Shown: piece by piece, positions 37,873 through 45,807 of the stretch
Position numbering within the stretch: the first letter of the stretch is position 1
How the letters are laid out: each line of letters begins with the position of its first letter
Virus record (IMG/VR): IMGVR_UViG_2974602649_000001
Location: 1 to 64,000 of that record
Source: a virus
Taxonomy: Duplodnaviria; Caudoviricetes
Reading direction: 5' to 3' (one strand)
Length of the DNA stretch: 64,000 nt
Notes under the pieces: model-generated
What the model was told of the DNA's origin: nothing
The model's input: only the letters and a program-made list of their open reading frames with translations
Database searches by the model: none
Translations under genes and position numbers: made by a program

Positions 37873-38736
37873 TCAGAATACTTCGATTACTTTGACGTTA
37901 CTTGCGTCTTTATTGCTTTTGTAACTGTTGGTAGTGTATACATTGTTGAATTCGTTTGCAACAACATCTACACCAAAAGTGAACAAACCGTGTGTTACTG
38001 CCAGATCAATTCGCTGCGCAAAGCCTTTAGCTTCACGAACGGCATCGCAAATTGCTTCGTGCGCCTTCAGGAATGTACGACCACCATCACAGATGTCATC
38101 CAGAACAAGGAATTTCTCCATGTTGTGATTGACTTTACTTACAATTTCATATCCAGTGATTTCAATCGACTTCATGTCACGCTTCTTATCACAGACCAGA
38201 ACGCCAGCAGCACCCACTTCAGAGAAAAGCTTGTTAGCCTTCTTTACAGCACCCATGTCTGGAGCAACAATATACACATCACTCCAATCATTGTAAATCT
38301 CTTTGAATACTTTATATTGCTCAGTCTCATAGAGGTTGTTATACACACCGCTCAGAACGCCGCTGTGAGCGTCTAGAATGCACACAGTATCAAAGCCCAT
38401 AGCGTTGATCATCTGCGCAGCAAATCGCGCTGAGAACGCCTCTCCGGGGCTGCAAGGACGATCCTGACGTGCATATGGTGCGTAAGGCATCATCAGATTG
38501 TAATAACCCCGGGTGAAGTGACGTTTTAGAGCATCCATAGTCAGTCCAAGTGCGACGATCATATCGTTCATGGAGTAACCTGTCAACTCTTTATCACCAA
38601 ACTGGATTGCTACAGTGATGTAGCGTTCACGAATTTCGGTTGTGGTCTGCTGAATGTCCACATTCATACTACCGTCTTTGAACTGCTTGAGCTTTACTTC
38701 AATCCAAGAACCGTTGTCAATCTTGTACTTGATCAT
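37873..38736 (-). CDS. ribose-phosphate pyrophosphokinase-like protein (Adps of NARP1)
   Basis: PY.PYARQDR, DAHS, APDMGA, LDDICDGGRTF, VTHGLF. Confidence 0.92.
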   Translation of the reverse strand: MIKYKIDNGSWIEVKLKQFKDGSMNVDIQQTTTEIRERYITVAIQFGDKELTGYSMNDMIVALGLTMDALKRHFTRGYYNLMMPYAPYARQDRPCSPGEAFSARFAAQMINAMGFDTVCILDAHSGVLSGVYNNLYETEQYKVFKEIYNDWSDVYIVAPDMGAVKKANKLFSEVGAAGVLVCDKKRDMKSIEITGYEIVSKVNHNMEKFLVLDDICDGGRTFLKAHEAICDAVREAKGFAQRIDLAVTHGLFTFGVDVVANEFNNVYTTNSYKSNKDASNVKVIEVF

Positions 38737-38918
38737 ACCAGTTCAATCTCCTCATAAATAACAGCCCACCAATCAGAACCATCCAGATACTCTGCACGGA
38801 AGTAATTACCATCGGACGATTCGAATACCTTGGTGATTCGAACAACATCACCAATTTCGAACTCGTGACCACGCTGTTGCTTGATTACACGCACTTCCTG
38901 ACCAATTTCAAAACTCAT
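38733..38918 (-). CDS. small SH3/KOW-like protein
   Basis: FEIGQEVRV...HEFEIGDVVRI. Confidence 0.65.
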   Translation of the reverse strand: MSFEIGQEVRVIKQQRGHEFEIGDVVRITKVFESSDGNYFRAEYLDGSDWWAVIYEEIELV

Positions 38919-38919
38919 T

Positions 38920-39798
38920 TTAGAACTCCTTATACGGGTTACCGACACAGATTACGTTAGGGATTTTCAGATCATACCAGAGGCGAAGTACCTGAGGACG
39001 ATCATCAATGGCTGCAACGATATCATAGTCTTCAGTAAGTTGCCAGTAAATTTCTTCTTTGACTACGTTGTCTTTTCGGAAATCACCAGCTTTGCGCATG
39101 TAAAGGTCTTCAATGTACTTCTCACCAACATGACGATGTAGCCAAGTCAGGGTTTCCGTGTAGCATTCATCACTACGCCCACTAACGAACACAACACACT
39201 TACCCTCTTCCCACATGGAGCGAACCATGTCAATTACAAACTGACGGGGCTTATCGTTACCAACAAGAGCCCAATCGAAAGGGCCACGATCCGACATTTC
39301 GGCAACGGTTCCGTCAATGTCAACAATGACCGTTTCAGGCTTTGTAACATCAGGTTTGTGAGTAGGTCGTTGAATGTATTCATTCCACTTCTCCCATTGG
39401 TTGTAGATAACACTCTGACCAACACCATTGTATCGGTGAGTATCCCGCTTCCAAGCCTCTTCCAAGGTGATTGGGAGTGCATGAATACTAACCTCATACC
39501 CAAGGTCTGTCAACTGGGTAATCAGCTTCTGTCGAACGCTTGGGTTCAAGTTGGTATCACTGATGATAACATTCTCTTCCTTGCCCCACGCTTCCATGAT
39601 CATCTGACCTTGGATTTCTGTAACTTTCTTTTCGTTATCATTTGTGAACTTATAATTACGCCAGTCGCTACCCGGGGAAACCACATTGAATCGAATCCAG
39701 TCACGGTTGATTTCAACGTAGCCGTACTTTTCAACCAGTTCTGCTGCATAAGTTGACTTCCCGCTGGTGGAAATCCCAACTGTCAATACTGCGTGCAT
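38920..39798 (-). CDS. pseT: polynucleotide 5'-kinase/3'-phosphatase (T4 PseT-like)
   Basis: P-loop GISTSGKST, NRD.IR, DTNLN, HAD motif DIDGT, SGR, DDRPQV. Confidence 0.93.
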   Translation of the reverse strand: MHAVLTVGISTSGKSTYAAELVEKYGYVEINRDWIRFNVVSPGSDWRNYKFTNDNEKKVTEIQGQMIMEAWGKEENVIISDTNLNPSVRQKLITQLTDLGYEVSIHALPITLEEAWKRDTHRYNGVGQSVIYNQWEKWNEYIQRPTHKPDVTKPETVIVDIDGTVAEMSDRGPFDWALVGNDKPRQFVIDMVRSMWEEGKCVVFVSGRSDECYTETLTWLHRHVGEKYIEDLYMRKAGDFRKDNVVKEEIYWQLTEDYDIVAAIDDRPQVLRLWYDLKIPNVICVGNPYKEF

Positions 39799-39810
39799 AT
39801 TTCTCTCCTG

Positions 39811-40008
39811 TCAACCAATAGTTGTATTTGTTAATTCATAGTCATGATAAGATTGTCGCCACCCGACTCGCATCGAATTCAATAACCATGCCGCTGTTTC
39901 ACCTCGTTCTGGTTTGAATGTCATCCAGTCAAAACGATTAACCCATTCTGAATTTTCGTAATCTTTTGTCCTGAAATAGACAATAAGTGTTTTCATACCA
40001 TCATCCAC
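39811..40008 (-). CDS. hypothetical protein
   Basis: short ORF between rnl and pnk. Confidence 0.5.
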   Translation of the reverse strand: MDDGMKTLIVYFRTKDYENSEWVNRFDWMTFKPERGETAAWLLNSMRVGWRQSYHDYELTNTTIG

Positions 40009-41135
40009 TTACGAAGCATGTCCATCTTGAAGGTAGTTTTCATACCATGGAACACTTGCACCGGATCCTTGTTGTCGCGTCGTGCCATGAAGTACACGGA
40101 TGCTTTTTGTTTGTCAATACCCGCGTGCTTAATTGCTGCTGCAAACGCCTTTGGTGTGGTCGCTTGGTTAAGACGCGGATAAGTTACAGCAATAATGTTC
40201 AACATGTCAAGCAGAGAATCTACATACGGTTGAATAATTGGTCGGTCTTCTGGGAAGTACGACAGGTATTCGTCATGCTCACCACTCAGAACAAGTTCCA
40301 TGATCCGCTTAGGATTCAAACCCTCACCACGAATATGGTGAACAGCAACATATGCTGGAGACTTGATCTTCGCAATTGGCACAGCATTCTGATAGACAAT
40401 GAAGCCTTCATCAAGGTTTTTCAGTTCTTTTGCCGCTTGCAGTGCTTCATCCGCAGAACCAAGAGCATAACGCTTTGGATGTTTCACAATTCCATACAGA
40501 ATGCAATCTGGGCTTCGCAGCCAATCCCGGCATTCTTCACTGTAATTACCGCTCACATTATCACGAGCAGCAAGGAAGTGAAGGTTGTAACCATGATAAT
40601 GACGAACAACACGGTTCTCAACGCAAGTCAATTCAAAAAGATACGTTGTATCTCGGAACAAATATGCGTTATTCATCAGATACTGGAACCCGTCATCATC
40701 ATGCACTTTGAGTGCGTTAAACACGAGTTCCTTGAAAGTAATACCATGACCCATGCACTCGCTTTCAGCAAACGCTGTGCCTCGTGTGGCGACTTCCCAG
40801 CGGCCTTTATGGAAGTAGATCTTGATCAGCGAACCATCAACCTTTTCAAAGATGCTGGCATTTTCCCAGTCAATCTCTGGCATGACATTCAGTGCTTCAC
40901 CGTAGTTGAAGAATCGGTCGAATGGTCGAGCCACGACAGTCAGGTCATTGTCAATGATAAGACCACGGCATTCTTGCACGATTGGGTGAGTCTTCGGACT
41001 GTCAATCTGGCTGTAGTTCAATACGATCAGACCTTCATCTTCGTAAATCTTCGCCTTGATACCAAGTTCAAGATGTAGAGAAGCAAGGCCGTCAGTGATG
41101 GATGGTGCGTTCTTCAGGAATTCAATAACTTTCAT
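39993..41135 (-). CDS. RNA ligase 1 (T4 Rnl1-like)
   Basis: ECRGLI, RFFNYGE, KVDGSL, FEL...NRVV..Y, EGFIV, KIKS..Y. Confidence 0.92.
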   Translation of the reverse strand: MKVIEFLKNAPSITDGLASLHLELGIKAKIYEDEGLIVLNYSQIDSPKTHPIVQECRGLIIDNDLTVVARPFDRFFNYGEALNVMPEIDWENASIFEKVDGSLIKIYFHKGRWEVATRGTAFAESECMGHGITFKELVFNALKVHDDDGFQYLMNNAYLFRDTTYLFELTCVENRVVRHYHGYNLHFLAARDNVSGNYSEECRDWLRSPDCILYGIVKHPKRYALGSADEALQAAKELKNLDEGFIVYQNAVPIAKIKSPAYVAVHHIRGEGLNPKRIMELVLSGEHDEYLSYFPEDRPIIQPYVDSLLDMLNIIAVTYPRLNQATTPKAFAAAIKHAGIDKQKASVYFMARRDNKDPVQVFHGMKTTFKMDMLRKWMMV

Positions 41136-41338
41136 TTCAGTTCTCCTTTGAGTTCGGTAAGAATAGTGATCAGGTTGTCGATTTCGTCATCGTAAATTGC
41201 AATGGATTCACCGTCATGTTTATCTGACAATGTGACGAGAACAAATCCACCATCATGCTTGGAAATCAATGATACTCGAATATCTGTATCGTGTCCATCT
41301 TTTGTTTTCAGGTCAATGCTTTTAATTTCGATAGCCAT
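41132..41338 (-). CDS. hypothetical protein, resembles 37641-37862
   Basis: shared C-terminal ..AI.YDD/EI..LI.IL..K pattern. Confidence 0.6.
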   Translation of the reverse strand: MAIEIKSIDLKTKDGHDTDIRVSLISKHDGGFVLVTLSDKHDGESIAIYDDEIDNLITILTELKGELK

Positions 41339-41340
41339 TA

Positions 41341-41556
41341 CTACACCTCAACAATTCGTGGGTAGCCATAAATAACTTCAAAACAAACAGGGCATGCGAC
41401 AGTAGCATACTCTCCGTCTCGCTGACCATTATAATGGGTTACGGCGTCTTCCCTGAGGAACCTAACCTCCGTACCACACGATGTTGAATAACCTTTGCAC
41501 TCACCGAAGAATAACTTTCGCGTTACAGTACCACGTTTCAGAATTTCAACTGCCAT
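41341..41556 (-). CDS. Zn-ribbon protein
   Basis: C......CG ... CPVC; AAGGAG RBS. Confidence 0.65.
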   Translation of the reverse strand: MAVEILKRGTVTRKLFFGECKGYSTSCGTEVRFLREDAVTHYNGQRDGEYATVACPVCFEVIYGYPRIVEV

Positions 41557-41567
41557 GATATTACTCC

Positions 41568-41759
41568 TTATTTCATCTTAACGCAAATGAATTTTGCAGA
41601 ACCTTTCGTATAGTAGTTAGAAGGTGGTGCTGGGATCTGGTTACCTGCCTCTACGCAAAGGTCATACGTTGCGAATCCCGGCATGAATTCAGTGTGCGTG
41701 CTGCCATCGGTACGGTAGTCAGATCCAATCAGAGCGGTAGTAAGAATGAGTGCCCACAT
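41568..41759 (-). CDS. small exported protein
   Basis: MWALIL N-terminus, paired Cys; AAGGAG RBS. Confidence 0.65.
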   Translation of the reverse strand: MWALILTTALIGSDYRTDGSTHTEFMPGFATYDLCVEAGNQIPAPPSNYYTKGSAKFICVKMK

Positions 41760-41793
41760 AATGCTTCTCCTTGTGTCGTTGTTGATTGTCGTC

Positions 41794-41854
41794 ATTCTAC
41801 ACGAGGGAAAACCCTTGTCAACCCCTTGACTTCATTTTCGATGCAGGACAAAAT
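41794..41854. promoter_or_regulatory. divergent sigma70 promoters at the strand switch
   Basis: minus TTGACA(41821)-16-TAGAAT; plus TTGACT(41826)-17-CAAAAT. Confidence 0.65.
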
Positions 41855-41960
41855 GTCCATCATTGAATGCCCGATGGTGGACAAAATGTCCTATTGATGG
41901 TGGACAAAATGTCCTACTAGAGAGATAGACAGATAGAGATAGAAAATATAAGATAGAGTC
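41846..41960. repeat. three GGACAAAATGTCC palindromic repeats plus AGATAG repeats: candidate origin or operator
   Basis: copies at 41846, 41879, 41902, then AGAGATAGACAGATAGAGATAGAAAATATAAGATAGA. Confidence 0.75.
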
Positions 41961-42000
41961 TAAAAGCAAAAGCGGCTGGCACAGGTTATAGGAGAGCAGT

Positions 42001-42411
42001 GTGTTTTACAAATTTTCACAAGACCTGTGTAGAGCACACGGGTTCATTAGCTACACTACAGGTGAGGAGGTTGGGTTCACCCCAGCCGCCAAGATCATCT
42101 ACACATACATGCTTCATAGGTTCATGTTTCACGTAGTGAAAGAAGGTAGGGAGTACTTTGAAAGTCAATCAACGATAGGTGAGCAGTGTGGATTAGACAC
42201 AAAGACAGTACAAAGACAACTGAAGGTACTGGTCACTCATGGTGTGATTGCTAGCGAGAAAGCAGCAAAGACAGGTGGTGGTCATGCTAGGAACAAGTAC
42301 ACACGGATTCGTACCGACATGACTCTTGTGTATGCGCAAAATAAAGTGGTTGACACAACCCTAGCACCTGATACAATTGACGAACAATTTGATATGGAGG
42401 AATGGATATGA
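42001..42411 (+). CDS. winged HTH DNA-binding protein (replication-initiator-like N-terminal domain)
   Basis: AKIIY.YM..R...YFESQSTIGEQCGLDTKTVQRQLKVL...G.I; AGGAG RBS, GTG start. Confidence 0.75.
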   Translation: MFYKFSQDLCRAHGFISYTTGEEVGFTPAAKIIYTYMLHRFMFHVVKEGREYFESQSTIGEQCGLDTKTVQRQLKVLVTHGVIASEKAAKTGGGHARNKYTRIRTDMTLVYAQNKVVDTTLAPDTIDEQFDMEEWI

Positions 42412-42602
42412 TCAACATTTCATCACTAAACGACCAACGATTGAAAGAGTACAAGAAAACCCTGTACCGCGCACAAGCGTTGCACTACGAAACTTGTGAG
42501 TGTTGCAAGGAGCGTCACATCCACAATCTTGTTGGCTATAACGAGGTTGCCGACAGAATCAAGGCGGTATCTATTGAACAAATGAGCAGGAGATTGAAAT
42601 GA
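42402..42602 (+). CDS. hypothetical protein
   Basis: GGAGG RBS; promoter at 42350-42377. Confidence 0.6.
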   Translation: MDMINISSLNDQRLKEYKKTLYRAQALHYETCECCKERHIHNLVGYNEVADRIKAVSIEQMSRRLK

Positions 42603-42865
42603 ACAGTGTAGACGTTTTTATTGTGATTCGTGACATGGGTTATGACGGTGAGGCTCTGGCTGGCATCTACCAGCGAAAGGAGGATGCTGAGTACATCCGT
42701 GACCATCTGGAGGCAATCCGTGTTAACGAATTGTGGGATAACTGGAAGCGCTGGAAGGTAGCAGACATCTCCGGTGAGCATGATTGCTCATTCGACCACT
42801 ATCGACTGATATTCTGTGAGCGTCACGATGAATTCCGAGTGGAAGAGGAGGACATGTACGTATGA
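42599..42865 (+). CDS. hypothetical protein
   Basis: AGGAG RBS, ATGA overlap. Confidence 0.65.
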   Translation: MNSVDVFIVIRDMGYDGEALAGIYQRKEDAEYIRDHLEAIRVNELWDNWKRWKVADISGEHDCSFDHYRLIFCERHDEFRVEEEDMYV

Positions 42866-43089
42866 TTCCATCAGTGCCAGCAGAAGCTCTTACGCTTCGT
42901 TCTGGAGCGATCATTTGGATCGCAGTACCATTGGACCCAGAAGATGCGTTTAGCTCTCTAAACGAGCCAGAGGATCTTTCACGCTATGGTTTGTGATGGT
43001 TGACATATCTAATAATCATACGATACAGTAAAGAGACTATTCGATCAAATCATGATCCCTCCATTAACTAACCAATAGGAACCATCAAC

Positions 43090-43284
43090 ATGAAGGACGT
43101 ACCCAATACCCAATACGAAGAAATTATGCAAGCCTTAGAAAAGGTAGACGAATTCATTGAGCAGAACGGAGTAGTTGAATTCGAAGACACCAAAGACCCT
43201 GATCGACCTTTCCGTATGGAGTATGCATTCGAATCAGAGACTGTCAGTGAAACTCGTTATCGCCGGAGGGATATTGATGTCTAA
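43090..43284 (+). CDS. hypothetical acidic protein
   Basis: AGGA RBS. Confidence 0.6.
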   Translation: MKDVPNTQYEEIMQALEKVDEFIEQNGVVEFEDTKDPDRPFRMEYAFESETVSETRYRRRDIDV

Positions 43285-43389
43285 GAAAACAGGCAGTAAG
43301 AAGCCAGCCCCAAAACTTCCAAAGAAGATCATTGATAAGTCACAGCCTGATCGTAAGAAACAATCTTTATACGTTTATGCTTAGTAGTG

Positions 43390-43419
43390 TTGACAAACAG
43401 CAATTTGCTTTGCTAATAT
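43390..43419 (+). promoter_or_regulatory. promoter for tRNA cluster
   Basis: TTGACA-18-TAATAT with extended TG. Confidence 0.6.
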
Positions 43420-43547
43420 AGATTTTATGAATAGAGCAAAGCTTGTTGCGGATGTGTCAGTCTACAGCCCTCTCCTCTGGAGATTGGATGAAGCATCAAG
43501 CTCTTTCCTGAGCAGAGTGTGTATTGGTCCTTACTCAGTAAAATTCT

Positions 43548-43622
43548 TCCGGGTTAGCTCAGTGGTAGAGCAGAGTCTTGATAAGGCTTTGGTCGGTGGT
43601 TCGAATCCATCACCCGGAACCA
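43548..43622 (+). tRNA. tRNA-Ile(GAT)
   Basis: cloverleaf, loop TT-GAT-AA, TTCGAAT, encoded CCA. Confidence 0.92.
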
Positions 43623-43627
43623 AATAT

Positions 43628-43701
43628 GGGAAAATAGCTAATTTGGTAGAAGCTGGGGGCGGAAACCCCTGTAGGTCTTGGTTCGATTCCAAGTTTTCCC
43701 C
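43628..43701 (+). tRNA. atypical/degenerate tRNA, probably Phe(GAA)-derived
   Basis: acceptor GGGAAAA/TTTTCCC and T arm intact; anticodon arm GGGGGCGGAAACCCCT lacks U33; no CCA. Confidence 0.6.
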
Positions 43702-43710
43702 ACGTATTAT

Positions 43711-43786
43711 TCCTCGGTAGCTCAGTTGGTAGAGCGCCTGACTGTTAATCAGGTGGTCATTGGTTCGAGTCCAGTCCGGGGAGCCA
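43711..43786 (+). tRNA. tRNA-Asn(GTT)
   Basis: canonical cloverleaf, CT-GTT-AA, CCA. Confidence 0.95.
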
Positions 43787-43790
43787 ATTT

Positions 43791-43866
43791 AGGTTACTAG
43801 CTCAATTGGAAGAGCAGCGGATTCCAAATCCGCCGGTTCGGGGTTCGAATCCTCGGTAACCTGCCA
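43791..43866 (+). tRNA. tRNA-Trp(CCA)
   Basis: cloverleaf, TT-CCA-AA, CCA end. Confidence 0.93.
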
Positions 43867-43938
43867 AAGTCAGATGGTCTTTGTTAGACTGTTAAAACTC
43901 ACCACCCTCCTAAGGTGGTGATCCATTCAGGAGATGAA

Positions 43939-44124
43939 ATGAAGCGCGAAGTGAAAGATTTGATGCGTGTTTATCAGTGTTGTCCCGGTCATGATGATTG
44001 GCCTTGTGACACATACAAAAACAGGCGTTCAAAGAAAGCTCGTTCACGAGACATTGCCAAAGAGCATCGTTATGTAAGGCGAGTAAAAAAGCAAAACTTG
44101 AAAAAGGAGATTGAAAATGACTAA
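43939..44124 (+). CDS. small basic protein in tRNA cluster
   Basis: AGGAG RBS; CCPGHD motif, Arg/Lys-rich. Confidence 0.7.
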   Translation: MKREVKDLMRVYQCCPGHDDWPCDTYKNRRSKKARSRDIAKEHRYVRRVKKQNLKKEIEND

Positions 44125-44283
44125 GTTTTATGATGCAACAAAAGAACACACCAAGTTTGAAAAGTCTGAAGGTAAATCGAAGGCTCACCCAAACAAAGGT
44201 CTGACTTCCCGCAACCCATACTCGGGTAAGTCGAAGTCGTAAGTCGCTCAAGGGCAGCGAGTTAGAAATGCCCACAAGAATAC

Positions 44284-44359
44284 GCTGTCATAGCTCAACG
44301 GTAGCAGCAACTGTTTTGTAATCAGTAGGTTGGGAGTTCAAATCTCTCTGACAGCACCA
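44284..44359 (+). tRNA. tRNA-Thr(TGT)
   Basis: GCTGTCA/TGACAGC acceptor, TT-TGT-AA, CCA. Confidence 0.9.
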
Positions 44360-44363
44360 ATAA

Positions 44364-44439
44364 CTCCTCTTAGCTCAGTTGGTAGAGTGCCCTGTTTGGA
44401 ACGGGGAAGTCGAAGGTTCGAGTCCTTCAGGGGTGACCA
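44364..44439 (+). tRNA. tRNA-Pro(TGG)
   Basis: cloverleaf, TT-TGG-AA, CCA; one acceptor-stem mismatch. Confidence 0.88.
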
Positions 44440-44554
44440 ATATGCAGAGAGTCGTGGAGACTCTTAAACGATTAGGTGAAAAAGACCTGCATCTGCACCC
44501 AAATACAATTACCCGACAAGGAATTGTAGGTGACACATAAGTCACAACACACAG

Positions 44555-44582
44555 ACCCCGCCACAAGCGGGGTTTTGTTTTG
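44555..44582 (+). terminator. intrinsic terminator
   Basis: ACCCCGC-CACAA-GCGGGGT-TTTGTTTT. Confidence 0.85.
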
Positions 44583-44649
44583 CCTGCGATTTGACAAATA
44601 TCACAAGTAGTTGGTAATATCAATAGATAGTTGACTAAAAGGAGTCATT

Positions 44650-45075
44650 ATGTACGAAGAAGACGAAGACGTTGGCGAAAGTCCACTTCATGCTGGACAT
44701 TTCAAACCCGGGCAATCCGGTAATCCAGCAGGTAGGCCGAAAGGCACAAAGAACAAACCACGCAGTAAGATGCGAGTAACCCTTGAGAAACTTTATACTA
44801 TTCAAGACGATGCTATTGAAACCATTCGTCATGAACTCACAGGCAAGGACAAGGACGGTAACCCAGTTAAAGCACCACCAAAGACTAAGGTTGACATGGC
44901 AAAGTTTGTTGTGAAAGCTATCGAATCATACAACAACACCTGCCTTGCTGAAGAAACTAAAATTCTGAATGTCAAGAAAGATGACCCACAAGGTGCTGAA
45001 CAACTTACTGAAAACCAACAAGACAAACCCATTCAACCGGGATTCAGCCTGAGCATGTCAGATGAATCCGCATAA
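44650..45075 (+). CDS. terS: terminase small subunit (probable)
   Basis: FKPGQSGNPAGRPKG motif; near terL; promoter at 44591. Confidence 0.75.
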   Translation: MYEEDEDVGESPLHAGHFKPGQSGNPAGRPKGTKNKPRSKMRVTLEKLYTIQDDAIETIRHELTGKDKDGNPVKAPPKTKVDMAKFVVKAIESYNNTCLAEETKILNVKKDDPQGAEQLTENQQDKPIQPGFSLSMSDESA

Positions 45076-45084
45076 GGAGTAATT

Positions 45085-45318
45085 ATGTACATTGATCCAA
45101 AGAGATTTGAAATTAGTGACCGTAGTGAATCATTCAGTACTTATAATCTGAACATTTCAGATAACTGTGTTGCTGGTTTGGGCCTAGGTCTAGGACACAG
45201 TGTCGAGACACTCCCTTACCAGATCACTCAATATAAGCCAGAAAAACCATTCGTCGTAATTGACGGTGTAGTGTATGTTAACGCAAAATTCATTAAGGAG
45301 AACACCATTGAAGTATGA
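45085..45318 (+). CDS. hypothetical protein
   Basis: AAGGAG RBS; PFVVIDGVVYVN..FI motif. Confidence 0.6.
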   Translation: MYIDPKRFEISDRSESFSTYNLNISDNCVAGLGLGLGHSVETLPYQITQYKPEKPFVVIDGVVYVNAKFIKENTIEV

Positions 45319-45721
45319 AATTCGAGTAACCAGTATTGATCCACTTGGCTTCAGTATGCTCAACGATGTCATCAGGCTCGCCGCTGAAGGCGCTGTGCTC
45401 AAAGAAGGTGTCTACCCTGTGCTCAGCTTCCCATACATCGTAACTCTTGAAATTGAGGCAGATGAGCCTCCTGTAGCGAGTGCTACTGTTCGAGTCTTCG
45501 AAATGGAATCGCGAAAAGAGATTCTTCCACCAGTTGCAGAACCAGTTAAGGCGAGTACTTTCTCTCTGGGTGAAGATCCTGACAAAGTATATACACGGGA
45601 AGAGTTGGATGCAATGGAGTGGACTCAAGTTCAAGACATCGCACGCAATAAAGGAATCACGGGCAAGCAAAGGAACAAAGTAACTAACGCTTATCTGGCT
45701 CTTTTCGATAAAAGTCAATAA
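45308..45721 (+). CDS. hypothetical protein with C-terminal helix-extension-helix (Rho-N-like) motif
   Basis: AAGGAG RBS before TTG 45308; YTREELDAMEWTQVQDIARNKGI. Confidence 0.6.
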   Translation: MKYEIRVTSIDPLGFSMLNDVIRLAAEGAVLKEGVYPVLSFPYIVTLEIEADEPPVASATVRVFEMESRKEILPPVAEPVKASTFSLGEDPDKVYTREELDAMEWTQVQDIARNKGITGKQRNKVTNAYLALFDKSQ

Positions 45722-45807
45722 TAACTGATTGCCCCTATTGACAAACATGGGGGCTTTCCTACATAATAAGTCTTATGTGGAGGATAAAGCTCTACTAGGA
45801 GGATTGA

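Noticed and set aside
33638-41078. Long plus-strand ORFs (33638-34669, 36058-37638, 39987-41078)
   Set aside because: Antisense shadows of well-supported minus-strand genes; no RBS or motifs
41978-41993. TGGCACAGGTTATAGG as a sigma54 site
   Set aside because: Lacks the -12 GC
43427-43720. 97 aa ORF
   Set aside because: Overlaps tRNA genes and the structured leader; no RBS
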